Shown here: piece after piece, positions 36,394-49,450 of the stretch
How the letters are laid out: every line of letters begins with the position of its first letter
How positions within the stretch are numbered: the first letter of the stretch is position 1
Source of the DNA: Octopus bimaculoides
Lineage: Eukaryota
Direction: 5' to 3'
NCBI RefSeq assembly: GCF_001194135.2
Contig: NC_068993.1
Location: 14,172,864-14,236,863, forward strand
Length of the DNA stretch: 64,000 nucleotides
Notes under the pieces: model-generated
Told to the model about the DNA's origin: nothing
Seen by the model: the letters and a program-made list of their open reading frames with translations, nothing else
Database searches by the model: none
Program-made: the position numbers and the translations under genes

Positions 36394-37424
36394 TGTCTGT
36401 GCATGCGAGACAGTCATAGAGATAAAAGTCTGAAGACAAAGTAATCCTTAGTTAATTAATACGGGTGTGTAGTAGATAGTAAAAGCAGAAAAAAAAAACA
36501 GTGGTAATAAAACAGCTAAACGAGTAAAATTTCTCACGAGTATTGAAAATATGATTTTAAATCGCCAAACGCTGCTAAGTTTTGAACAATGATGTTGCTG
36601 CCATTTTGTATGGAATTATTCTAGCTCTAGCTCGTTATTTTGATCGTTATGATGATAAACAATAGGAAAGCCAGCTCGTAGAAACTGTATTTCAGAAAAT
36701 ATTAATTAGAATACACCGATGCAGTTAGTTTGAGATAATGTTTGGCTGATTTCCAATTAGCTGATTAATAATCGATTAATCAAAATAATTAACATCTCCT
36801 TTTTTGCTGATTTTTTTTTTATTGTACCTAGTGATATAATTTGTGTAGGTAATATTTATGTATTCATTATTATATTTGTTTCAGTTATTTAGTTATTTCG
36901 TACATTCATAGCACAAGTGATCACAGCTCTGCGTGACCTGGTGCGCACAAGCAGTGTTGTATTTTGATTTTATGTTTTAGATATTAAAGAAAAAAACATT
37001 ATGTAATGTGTGTTCACAATGTATTAGGGCAATTGTCTGTATGTTATGTATATGTTCAATCCTGCGATTATATATTTCTTTTATCATATTTTGCAATCAA
37101 TAGCAAAGTATTAATTATTTTAGGTTTGTTCTCTTTTCATCCAACCGTGTTCCTCTTTCTATATCATTATATTTGCATTTCTCTTTGATGGGATACTGAT
37201 TAAGTAAGTATCATCCACATTCTTTCTTGGTAGCCTCGAAAATATTATTCGGTACGTTATTCGTGATTTATCTGCGTATTATGAAATGCATATTTAAATG
37301 TATGACCGCTTTTTAATTCTCTGACAACCAGTGCTAGTTTGATAGGGTCTGATAGTGTAAGTATTATAGTCGAATAGCTCGACTGGAATACTTCAAAGCT
37401 GTGCCGTAGCATGGTCGTACACAA

Positions 37425-37600
37425 ATCACTGAAACGCGTGGTTGTGTGTGTAACCTTCATCCCGTGATGTTAACTATGTTGTTTTGGGTTCAATACCACT
37501 AAGTAGCACAATGGACAAGTGTCATCTACTAAAGTCCGGGCGACAACATACTTGTGAATGTATCTGACAGACGGAAAATGAAAGAAGCTCGTAGTATATA
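37425..37600 (+). mobile_element. CORE-type SINE 5' half, cut by a gap
   Basis: gcgtggttgtgtg...gggttcaataccac...tggacaagtgtcatctact...cttgtgaatg...gacggaaaatgaaagaagctcg. Confidence 0.7.
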
Positions 37601-39894
37601 TATATATATATATATATATNNNNNNNNNNNNNNNNNNNNNNNNNNNNNNNNNNNNNNNNNNNNNNNNNNNNNNNNNNNNNNNNNNNNNNNNNNNNNNNNN
37701 NNNNNNNNNNNNNNNNNNNNNNNNNNNNNNNNNNNNNNNNNNNNNNNNNNNNNNNNNNNNNNNNNNNNNNNNNNNNNNNNNNNNNNNNNNNNNNNNNNNN
37801 NNNNNNNNNNNNNNNNNNNNNNNNNNNNNNNNNNNNNNNNNNNNNNNNNNNNNNNNNNNNNNNNNNNNNNNNNNNNNNNNNNNNNNNNNNNNNNNNNNNN
37901 NNNNNNNNNNNNNNNNNNNNNNNNNNNNNNNNNNNNNNNNNNNNNNNNNNNNNNNNNNNNNNNNNNNNNNNNNNNNNNNNNNNNNNNNNNNNNNNNNNNN
38001 NNNNNNNNNNNNNNNNNNNNNNNNNNNNNNNNNNNNNCGTTGAGTGTGTGTGTGTTTCTGAGTATTTTTTGTAGTATAAACTTGCCTCTATATACATTTA
38101 TAAAACACTGGTGATGCTCATGATATTTTAATGAGCTCACTATTGCTACATTTCTAAAAATTTACCCAATCATTTTTTGTATACGTATAGCTGTCCATCT
38201 ACTGAAGAAGGAACAATGGCTGTGCAGATGACGTCCATTGAGTTGGAAACATGTGCTCATAACTGTTCTCAAAACATATTTTACTTTATTTCCTGTAAAT
38301 TTTAGAGAATTGTGTCTTTTTTTAATCGAGAATCATTAGCTTACCAAGTCTGTGTGCAGAGAGAAAAAGACAGTGTGAGTTGAAGAGAAGGGATATTTGT
38401 TTGTATATGTATGCATGCGTGCTTGTCTGTGTGTGTTTGTGTGTGCTTGTGTGTGCTTGCGCGTGTATGTGTGTATGTGTGTGTGTGTGTGTGTGCTTGT
38501 GTGTATGTCTGTATGGACACGAGACTCAACCTCTCGAACTTATACTGTCACATCAAAAGCAAAACGCACATATTCCTACTTGTCTCTCTATATTAATTAC
38601 AATTCTACTGAAAATGAATATTACACTTTTTCATTCACCCCAAGAGAACAACAACTTGTAAGTCCCATCAATATATTGATCTGCTTAAAAACTTCAAATT
38701 CAATTGAACATTGTCTTCACACAGCAACTTAGCCACTTCAAATCTCGCCTTTTATATACGAAAAGGAATTTTTCATGCATCAGTGAATACCACTTCACTA
38801 ACAAAATTCCAAGCCAGTTCAATCGACAATCTACTGCAACTTTTCACACTACACAAAACAAGCTGATATTTTAACCCTCAAATTTAATGTACANNNNNNN
38901 NNNNNNNNNNNNNNNNNNNNNNNNNNNNNNNNNNNNNNNNNNNNNNNNNNNNNNNNNNNNNNNNNNNNNNNNNNNNNNNNNNNNNNNNNNNNNNNNNNNN
39001 NNNNNNNNNNNNNNNNNNNNNNNNNNNNNNNNNNNNNNNNNNNNNNNNNNNNNNNNNNNNNNNNNNNNNNNNNNNNNNNNNNNNNNNNNNNNNNNNNNNN
39101 NNNNNNNNNNNNNNNNNNNNNNNNNNNNNNNNNNNNNNNNNNNNNNNNNNNNNNNNNNNNNNNNNNNNNNNNNNNNNNNNNNNNNNNNNNNNNNNNNNNN
39201 NNNNNNNNNNNNNNNNNNNNNNNNNNNNNNNNNNNNNNNNNNNNNNNNNNNNNNNNNNNNNNNNNNNNNNNNNNNNNNNNNNNNNNNNNNNNNNNNNNNN
39301 NNNNNNNNNNNNNNNNNNNNNNNNNNNNNNNNNNNNNNNNNNNNNNNNNNNNNNNNNNNNNNNNNNNNNNNNNNNNNNNNNNNNNNNNNNNNNNNNNNNN
39401 NNNNNNNNNNNNNNNNNNNNNNNNNNNNNNNNNNNNNNNNNNNNNNNNNNNNNNNNNNNNNNNNNNNNNNNNNNNNNNNNNNNNNNNNNNNNNNNNNNNN
39501 NNNNNNNNNNNNNNNNNNNNNNNNNNNNNNNNNNNNNNNNNNNNNNNNNNNNNNNNNNNNNNNNNNNNNNNNNNNNNNNNNNNNNNNNNNNNNNNNNNNN
39601 NNNNNNNNNNNNNNNNNNNNNNNNNNNNNNNNNNNNNNNNNNNNNNNNNNNNNNNNNNNNNNNNNNNNNNNNNNNNNNNNNNNNNNNNNNNNNNNNNNNN
39701 NNNNNNNNNNNNNNNNNNNNNNNNNNNNNNNNNNNNNNNNNNNNNNNNNNNNNNNNNNNNNNNNNNNNNNNNNNNNNNNNNNNTCTAAACAGCTTCAATT
39801 TCCTTAAAAGTTTGTATTCATTTGAACACATTAACATAACCTTTGATTAATCTTTCACCGTAATTCAAATATTGTCCTTTTATTAAGTGAAGAA

Positions 39895-39995
39895 ACTAGA
39901 TGAAACTCGGCGGAATTTGAACTCAGAACGTAGAGACAGACGAAATACCGTTAAGAATTTCACCCGGAGTGCTAACGTTTCTGCCAGCTCACCGC
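39895..39995 (-). mobile_element. Family A SINE head
   Basis: ctcggcggaatttgaactcagaacgtag...gctaacgtttctgccagctcaccgc. Confidence 0.85.
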
Positions 39996-40299
39996 ATTGC
40001 TGAGCCTGCATATTAATGCATGAAACTGTAAGGCGAACTTCTGAAACGTACAAGGAATTTTGTTAAATCGTAGCCAAGGGGCACAGACTATATGTTTAAT
40101 AAGAAAATTATTCGGTGAGGAAATAGTCTGAGAAACACATTTGTACACATAATGATTAGATATCTCAATTAGATGAACTAATTTTGCAGTGTCTAACTTC
40201 AAGTACGAACTATTAACGTTGCTATACTGGCCTACTACTTTCTATGTATTTTTCAATAACTTTACTATAATAACATTAATATTATTCTTTTATTTTTCT

Positions 40300-40699
40300 T
40301 ATTCTTCTACTTGATTCAGTCATTTGACTGCGGTGAAGCAGGAGCACTACCTTTCGTCGAACAAACTGACTCCAGGACGTATTCTTTGTAAGCCTACTAC
40401 TTATTCTATAAGTATCTTTCGTCGAGCCGCTAGGTTACGAAGACGTAAACACCAGCTGTCAAGTGATGGTGAGGGGACAAACATAGACACACACACGCAA
40501 ATATATATACACACAAACCTCCTCCATATATATATATGACGAGCTTCTTTCAGTTTCCACCTACCAAATCGATTCAGAAGGCTTTGGCTGGACCGTGACC
40601 ACAGTACAAGACACTTGTCCAAGGTCCCACGCAGTAGTACTGAACCAGGAACCATGTCGTTGGGAAGCAAGCTTCTTACTACATAGCCACGCCTGCGCC
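40300..40699 (-). mobile_element. Full-length CORE-type SINE, same family as 44912-45293
   Basis: Inverted homolog along the whole length, including the internal microsatellite; aagacacttgtccaagg CORE-like block. Confidence 0.9.
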
Positions 40700-40926
40700 A
40701 ATTATAATAATAGTTATTTTTTTCTTGTGTGTGATTTATATGACATTTCTTATGTGTTTCTATTTCCGTTAAAGTGCAATTTCATTACCGACAACACCTG
40801 ATACGCTAAGAAAACATTTTGCAACACTATAGTTTTGGGTTTAGCCCTTTTACATTGCCCTTTGATCTTCTTCTATAGCCAGTGCATTGCAAATTAATGT
40901 GGTAGATGGAAACTCTGGAATCCAGT

Positions 40927-40979
<53 letters not shown>

Positions 40980-40981
40980 GT

Positions 40982-41018
<37 letters not shown>

Positions 41019-41039
41019 ATTCTCGGTTAATGGAACAAG

Positions 41040-41620
41040 CCCTTCATCATGGGTGATATTATCGCATGTATTAGGGTTGGCAGAACGGAATATCAGAACG
41101 TTGCTGGCACTTTTGCATTCAGTAATAGGAAGAAAAGTGGTGTGATCTCTTTGACGTAGCTAAAAGTCACAAACATCGCAACACTAACCTACCCGGAATG
41201 CCAGTCATCGTGGAGCTTTGAACAGTGGTAAATGTAAACACAGGCTGAGATTTTGCCCATCCGTTACCGATGTACCTTCAATACGGCTCCAATGCAACTC
41301 ATGAATGCAAAAATATCATGGGCTGACTGGAGTCATGCCTCAGAGATAATACATTCGAGGCCCCCACACGAAGAACACAGACAACGTTTCCTCTGTGTGT
41401 CGTTGAAAGCGATGAAGACGGTTGAGGTACGATTTTCACACCGACATCACAGAACCGTCACAGGCAACAATCACCCAAACTCACTCATCAAGTTCGCTCC
41501 TCTGGGTAAATAACATGACTGTCTATGAGACACGTCCAGGGAAGCGGTTGGGGCAAAGCCGACGGGACTACCATCCACCATATGGGGATATCCGTGGAGA
41601 CAGGTTTATTTAGATGGTTG
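41040..41620 (-). mobile_element. Possible decayed L2/CR1-group LINE C-terminal fragment
   Basis: GC-richer island; minus frame gives KSYLNRLHRFQ (41403-41435) then ELHWSRIE (41278-41300), resembling L2 K..LNRLQRIQ...ELHWLPI. Confidence 0.35.
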
Positions 41621-42894
41621 TCGCTTTAGTGGTGCAACCGTGTTACAAACCAAGAGCAGGGAATAGTTGAGAGGATTATTATTATTATTCACATAAAAAT
41701 ACTTAAGTTAATACAACGTTTACAAGAACAAATTATATAAAACATGATACAGGTAATTATCCACCAGACTTATAGAATCGTTGATGTTAATTATTTACAT
41801 CTTTGCATTACTAATATACGTTGTATGATGAATTAGATGCATAATACATTCATTATTATATTTTTGCCTTTAGTCGTAATTAATGTAGATGTTTCTCGCA
41901 ATCAAGAGTGTTAAGTTTGTAATCATTGCAAGCATTATAAATTCAACAATAAATATATGGAGTGGCTTCAACGTTGCCCGCTGACAAATATCTGCAAACG
42001 TCCACACACATTTATTAATATTTATATTTGAAGCACACACTGCTCCCTGCTTTACCCCGACCTTCTTAGATACACACGCTCAAATACACACACAATCATA
42101 CACACATACACACACGCGCGCGCGCGCGCACACACAGAAGCGAACAGCTCAGAGACTCATACACAAATACACATACATGTGTATTGTGTTTGTAGGTGTG
42201 TTATGTTTTGTAGGTTGCATGTTTTTACACAATCGATTTTGGACATTGCTGATGCAACAATTAATGAGATTCTCATGAATGAAAATTTACTGAATTTCAT
42301 GGCTACAAGATACATTTTGATATAGTAATTAGTGTACCATGATAGGCTGGCGGCTGTGGAAATATCGTTTCTCTATAATTGCTATAATTACTGTTCATGT
42401 GAAGGAAAGATAAATTAAAGTAATCGCGAGCTTATGTACTTTAACAAAATTCAAATGTCTCGGCTCTCATCTTACACAAAACATACGTTGTCGAACACCT
42501 CACATAGACACATACAATCACACATACAGACACACACAACTTTATTAACAAGTACATTGTTTCTATAATAAAATCAAGTGACAAAAATCACCAGCTTCTC
42601 ACCTACGTCTGAGAAATACTGTCGTTATAATATTAACATTTTTCCATAATAAAACGAAAACTGGTTTGGTATTTAATATCATATAAATGAAAATATTTGC
42701 GGAAAGTCCTTAAACTGATAAATCTAATTTTACAGCATTTTAACAAATTCTTACACTTGAGCGCACTTCCAGTATTGTGTATAACATGGAAAACTTTTGT
42801 GGGTAAGATGCAGGATATGGCGTCGCTAAATCACATTTTGTTATGAGAGAGATTCGTTGTCCTGTAAGAATCGTTAGTAGATCAGACAACATGC

Positions 42895-43045
42895 ATAACA
42901 ACATTTCATCCGGCTGTTTACGGGCGTGAGGACAACTTTGCTTTTCATCATTCCAGGGTCGGTAAAGTAGTGTACCTGTCAGGTACTAGGATCAATGTAA
43001 TCGACTAAACCCCGATACAAAATTTCAGGCATTGTGCCTTCGTTA
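42895..43045 (+). mobile_element. Diverged family A SINE fragment
   Basis: caactttgcttttcatcattccagggtcggtaaa...gatcaatgtaatcgactaaacccc...aaaatttcaggcattgtgcc. Confidence 0.75.
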
Positions 43046-44911
43046 AAATCTATTATTTGTATATTCGTAAATTTTTGCAATGCTTTAAGGTACATTAAAT
43101 CGCCTAAAGTTTATACTTAAATGCTATTGTCGCACCTCTCGGTACAGTCTCATCATCTGCTTTATTCCTAATTTGTGTAGGAAGATCATCTTGTTTTTTA
43201 TTGCCTAACACTTCTTCATTTTATTGTTTTTAGTTTCTGACGTAGACTTAAATTATATAGAAATTATGTCATCCTCCCTCTTTCAAAGTGACATTTTATT
43301 GAAATATATAATAATAGCAAAAATGCTTTTACTTATATTTTAGAATAATATATTTAACACTTTTATATATTAAATGTGAATATTGATTTTTGTCGGGTAC
43401 AATATAAAGTGCAATAAATTTAAAGAGATAACAAGTTTGCCTGTCGACAATGCATTCGTGCAATACATTGTGCCCTGTGTAACCAATGTTCTGGTGTGAA
43501 TTCAAAATATCAAAATATATATTAGAACAATAATAATTTATTAAACTTCCTTCGCTCTAAATTCTCATCTCAAAATAAATTGTTTTGTTAAGTAACCGTG
43601 TTCGAAGTACCCTCACATTGCCTTTCGATCATTATGGGTTTCGCTGAACATAAAGCCTAACTACATCCGTCTAAGCATATATGTATGATTACGAATTCAT
43701 TAGGTATGCAAGCTATCTGCAAAATCTGCACGTTTCAGTGATAACCTTGATGCCTTTGAAACCTTCATTAACATATTTCTATTCTTTCAAATACCTACAC
43801 AGGGCATTGAATAGATTCTTCCCTTTATTTGTGTAGGTTCCATATCCGAAAGTGTCTAATAACGATGGAACTAGTAACACAACGATTCACGATTTTCCTA
43901 TTCTAAAATATTGGGCTTTGTTTGATAGAAAGATATCAAAGCTGATCGAAACAATTATAATTTTCCAAATCAATGTAAATACATCGTTAGATTTAATTAC
44001 CAAATCATTTCATGTTTTTCCCTAAGAAAGAAAAGTAACAAAAATGAAAAGCGAATTAATAACATTGTTGCAAATATATAAAGAATTTTTAAGTTTTTGT
44101 TTACAACATTTATTCCTATTTTTACTGTCTCTTTTATTCATTTCCGTTTAGTAAAAGCGATTGCAGTTTAAAAGGAAGTTCATCAAATATACAATAGATG
44201 GAGCAAATAATTATAGGAAATAAACAGCCGGTTTGTTTACTGTTTAATAATGCATCCGAGTATGCTACAAAACAAACGGCTGTCCCTAAGCGAATTAATA
44301 ATAAATTAAACATCTCTTTTGAGCAGCATCTTGGGAATTTCTTACTTCATTAAATCAAACATTGTGGTCATTAAAAGAGAAATTGGTGTATATTTCTTAT
44401 CTTCAAAATGATGTATTTTCATAATGTGATTAGTTAACCGACCAACAAATATCATACTGCGGACCACTTAACTCTTTAAAACAGAGAACGTAAAATTATT
44501 TGGTTCTGTATATACACATTAATCAAAAAAGTGGGATTATAGCGTATAATATTTTGAACAGACTACCTGTTATACAACCATGGGCGTTCATTTGCTTAGG
44601 TATGAGTATCTATGAGTATCTATGTTTTTACCGCTAGTATATATTTTTAAATATTTCATTCGCAACAACTTCTAAACTACGTTCCAGTTCACTTTGGTAG
44701 ACTTTCTTTACTCTATGTCCAAATTTAGGTGTTGTGATTATCTCCCTTTTTCGCTAGATTATCCACTCTACGACCTATATAGCTATGCTGTCGATAGAGA
44801 AAGCCGTGAGAATGCAGTGGCGAGAAGAAAGCTTCCCTTGTATATGGCTTGATGCAGCTTGAGTTTACTTAATGACAATTCATCATTGAAAAGTTCATTG
44901 AAAAGTTCATT

Positions 44912-45293
44912 AGGCGTAGAAGTGGTTGTGTAGTAAGTAGCTTGCTTACCAATCACATGGTTGTGGGTTCAGTCCCACTGCGTGGCACATTGGGCAAGTG
45001 TCTTCTATTATAGCCACGGGCCGACTCAAACCTTGTGAGTGGATTTGGTAGAAACCTGTCGTATATATATATGTGTATGTGTGTGTGTGTGTAAGTTTGT
45101 GTATCTGTGTTTTTCCCCCAACATCGCTTGACAACAGATGCTGGTGTGTTTACGTCCCCGTAACTTAGCGGTTCGACAAAATAGACCGATAGAATAAGTA
45201 CTAGGCTTACAAGGAATAAGCTCTGGCTCGATTTCTTCGACTAAATGCGGTGTTCTAGCATGGCCACATTCAAATGACTGAAACAAGTAAAAG
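44912..45293 (+). mobile_element. Full-length CORE-type tRNA SINE
   Basis: aggcgtagaagtggttgtgtagtaag...gggttcagtcccactgcgtggcacattgggcaagtgtcttct...(TA/TG)n...caaatgactgaaacaagtaaaag. Confidence 0.92.
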
Positions 45294-45874
45294 GGATATT
45301 GCATATAATCTAAGGTAATGATTTCTCCGTACAGAAGAAATGACTCCAAGCAGTCAGAGGATTGTGTACGGTGAATACAAATTTAAATAAACACACACGC
45401 GTGCGCCCGCATGCATATACTCACGAGTGTACAGAGATACATAAAAATCACCCATATACGTATCTATATAGAGACATAGAAGAAGTCAAAATTGCATACA
45501 AATATAGTATTATCATATCGTACCACATAATACTCTCAAACTGGTAAGAAACGTACAACATAGAAGGAACTGATATAGATCGAATTAATCGATTTCCTGT
45601 TTGTATTTATCGATGGCGTAATGTTGATTTTGGTTGCTCAGTTCCCTTTTTTTCTTTTTTTTCTTTTTTTTAAATATTCTTACCGCCTTCTGGTGCAAAC
45701 GTTATAATATGCCACTTCTCTACGGATCACAAAAGCGACTTTTGTCTATGAAGGTGGCAACTCAATTATCTGAAAAAGACTAAACACGCCATGTAATAGA
45801 AAAGAGTTATGTAAGCACCACACCTTGATGTAAACAAAAATGCATGTATCGACGTTGATATTAGAAACTTGCTT

Positions 45875-46105
45875 GGGGTGCCGATTGGCAGAATCGTTAG
45901 CACGCCGGGCAAAATGCTTTGCGGTATTTCGTCTGCCGTTACGTTCTGAGTTCAAATTTCGCCATGGTCAACTTTGCCTTTCATCCATTCGGGGTCGATA
46001 AATTAAGTACCAGATACGCACTGGGTCGATGTAATCGACTTAATCCCTTTGTCCTTGTTTGGTCCCTCTATGTTTAGCCCATTGTGGGCAATAAAGAAAT
46101 AAGAA
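45875..46105 (+). mobile_element. Family A SINE, well-preserved copy
   Basis: tggcagaatcgttagcacgccggg...gttctgagttcaaatt...gcctttcatccattcggggtcgataaattaagtacc...ggcaataaagaaataagaa. Confidence 0.92.
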
Positions 46106-46280
46106 TCGTTAGCCACCGGGAAAAATGCTTTGGTACATTTCGTTCACCTAAACATTCTAGGTTCCAATTCAATCGAGATTGACTTTGCCAGCCATCACTT
46201 TAGTGGTCGATAAATTAAATATCAGTTGAGTGAGGGGGTCGATGTAATCAACTAGCCATTTCTTTAAAAATGTGCCAAGA
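46102..46280 (+). mobile_element. Family A SINE, old decayed monomer
   Basis: Restarts at agaatcgttag; gattgactttgcc...ggtcgataaattaa...ggggtcgatgtaatcaacta. Confidence 0.8.
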
Positions 46281-46307
46281 CTTGAACGCGATATTAATAT
46301 CATCACT

Positions 46308-46500
46308 AAAGTGGCAAGATGGCAGAATAGTGAGCACAACAGATAGAATTCTCAGCAGCATGTCGTCCGTCTTAACCTTCTGAATTCAAATGCCACCGAG
46401 GTTGACCTTGCCCTTCATTATTTCCGGTCCGATGAGGTAAGTACCAATTGACTTACTCCCACCACCGAAATTGATGGCTCTGAGCCAAAATTTGGAATCA
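46308..46500 (+). mobile_element. Third diverged family A SINE in tandem
   Basis: gtggcaagatggcagaatagtgag...ttctgaattcaaatgccaccgaggttgaccttgcc...gccaaaatttggaatcatta. Confidence 0.75.
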
Positions 46501-48920
46501 TTAATAGAAAATTTCAAACAGCTCATGCAAGTGTTGTCATTCGACAGCATTGCATACCTAGCGCCAATAGGATTCAGTGGTACTCAGGAAGAAAACAAGA
46601 ACAATACGCATCTTTTTGGTGCCTACATCTCGATGGCTTTACAGGGCACCGGCCCTACGCACTGATGTGAGGCTCCCACCTATTGTGTCGACTAACTAGT
46701 ATGTAATCCTAAGTCTTCCTTTTCGTGATCATCTGCATTATTGAAATTGTGAAGAGATGAAATGAAAGTTAATAATTTGATCATACACAATTTCCGTTAA
46801 CGAACTTGCAGAATCTGGAAAACAAAATAAGTAATAAAAAAGGCATAAAACAATCACATTTTTCTATAGTCATGTATAATGCTTTATGCCTTCTGTAAAA
46901 TTTCAAGTTTATAGTGAATGATATCTCCCAAAAATATAGTACACTGTCCAGCGTTCTACATTCTATAAACAGCAATTTTGATATCCATCACGCACATATA
47001 CACAGACATGTATACATAGACATATACATAGGAATAAACATACATACGTATATACAAACATGCATGCATGCATACATACATTCATACATGGATACATACA
47101 TACATGCATATATATATATATATATATAAATATATGATGTATGTATATATGTATGCATGTATGTATGTGCATGTATGTTGATATGTATGTGTGTAAGGAG
47201 GTATGTATGTATAAATATGTGTGTGTGTAGGTGGCTCTACGGTTCTGTATATAGGAATGACGTATTGCATTTTTGATGACGTACATCTAACAAGTGTTAA
47301 GGTGTGTGTGTATGTGTGTATGCGCACGTCAATGCGTATGCTTGTGTGAGTGGGTGTGTGTGTCTGTGTGTGTTTACCCGTTTGTGAGTTTGTGTGTGTG
47401 GCTGAATAATTTTAAGTAGTGATCAGGTATTTACTTATCTTTTTCACCCAGAAGATATCATCCACACGAGAATATCCCCGTATCTTATATTTACAAGTTA
47501 CATTTTAATAGGATTAGATGTCTCGTCTGCTCAAATAAAAAAAAATATTCAACACAAACACACCCACACATACATGAACACGCATACACACAATCACACA
47601 CACACACACACACGCACACAAACACATAAACACACACACACACACACACATGTACATATATATATATATAGNNNNNNNNNNNNNNNNNNNNNNNNNNNNN
47701 NNNNNNNNNNNNNNNNNNNNNNNNNNNNNNNNNNNNNNNNNNNNNNNNNNNNNNNNNNNNNNNNNNNNNNNNNNNNNNNNNNNNNNNNNNNNNNNNNNNN
47801 NNNNNNNNNNNNNNNNNNNNNNNNNNNNNNNNNNNNNNNNNNNNNNNNNNNNNNNNNNNNNNNNNNNNNNNNNNNNNNNNNNNNNNNNNNNNNNNNNNNN
47901 NNNNNNNNNNNNNNNNNNNNNNNNNNNNNNNNNNNNNNNNNNNNNNNNNNNNNNNNNNNNNNNNNNNNNNNNNNNNNNNNNNNNNNNNNNNNNNNNNNNN
48001 NNNNNNNNNNNNNNNNNNNNNNNNNNNNNNNNNNNNNNNNNNNNNNNNNNNNNNNNNNNNNNNNNNGCATGTATTTGTAATTTCGTATTGATATTAATAA
48101 TATTTACATATTTTATGTGTATGCGTATTCGTTTTGCTTAATCTGGTTACTATATTCCGCCTTTTCCTTTAACACTCTTATAAATTATAGATATATTTTT
48201 TTTTACTATAATTGTGTAATTTGTTTTGAAAATTCTTGGAAGATAAGCAAATGGCGTCGCTTGAGCTTATTATTTTATTTTATGTTATTCTATTTTATGT
48301 ACACAGACATTAAAATAGTAGTTTACACAAGTATACACCAAGACAGAGAACATGAACGACTTGTAAGTTTACTTTCAATTTAACGCCTATCACGCTTTTC
48401 AAAGTAATTAGATAAATACAACCAGGCTAAGATTAAGTGAGCCAGATATATCTTGTCTTCATGTTTTTTTCTTTATATATTTATCATGAAAATGAAAATT
48501 GTTATATCAAACTAGAAACGATGTGGAAATCGCACGCTCAAAAGGACTTGCTTTATTGTTTTGCTTCCTGGAATAAGAGATAATACAAAATACAAACGTC
48601 TGATAGACGCCTGAACATTATAAGTTGGCAAATACTATTTTTCGCTGTGCAAATTTCAACACAACCTTATACAGATAAACATTTCCTAACAGCAAATAAG
48701 CTTCAATATATTTTCTTTTTATCAGTTTAATGCTTCTATTCAGGATAAACATAACATTAGTAATATGATTCTATGAGAAGTCAGTCCTGCTGCACAAAAT
48801 AAAAAAAAAGAGGAAAAAACGAAATATATGTATAGATTTCTAATAGCTTGTGTTGTTTGTATGATCTTTAAAACGGAGCATGGAAGATGAATATAGATAA
48901 AGTTAAAGCTTTTACTTCAG

Positions 48921-49011
48921 GATAAGAGAATATGAAAGACAAAGATTACGAATACAGAAATTATCAAAAGTGGAACCATACAAAAACTACGATAAAACTG
49001 TGAAAACCAAG
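48921..49011 (+). CDS. Candidate internal coding exon of an unidentified gene
   Basis: Acceptor gcttttacttcAG, donor caag|GTAAGT; open frame IREYERQRLRIQKLSKVEPYKNYDKTVKTK; no homology recognised. Confidence 0.3.
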
Positions 49012-49333
49012 GTAAGTTAATGAACAGCGTACCTTTGATACAGAAAACTGTGTGAAAACTGTTTGCTATGTTGATAATATTCACAGTATTGGAAAATAAT
49101 GTAACATTTTCATTTTATGCTATAATATATTTATTCTGAATTTTCTTTTTGTCCATAGTAACTATATGTTTTGAGATAAGGTATATTGTATACACTAATG
49201 GACCTTATGGTCCTGATATGAGGAATATTAAGGTATTAAGATAAACATATATGACGTAATTCCATAGTGCATAGGAAAAAAGCATTTTAGTTAAATCGGT
49301 ATTTAATCAATATATTCTTTGATATTTCTACAG

Positions 49334-49450
49334 GCTAAAATACCCAAGGATGACATAAATATAAAAAGTACCGAGGCTCCCAGACATCAAGTGTTCAAAT
49401 TACTTAAGTTTGTTAGAAATGATACTGTGTGGAGCTACTCTTTTCCTTAA
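49334..49450 (+). CDS. Candidate next or terminal exon of the same unidentified gene
   Basis: Acceptor ttctttgatatttctacAG; phase 0 matches the preceding donor; AKIPKDDINIKSTEAPRHQVFKLLKFVRNDTVWSYSFP*. Confidence 0.25.
   Translation, partial: AKIPKDDINIKSTEAPRHQVFKLLKFVRNDTVWSYSFP

Noticed and set aside
46540-46680. GC-richer stretch with a 64-aa ORF
   Set aside because: The ORF starts inside a SINE tail; no motif or convincing splice pair
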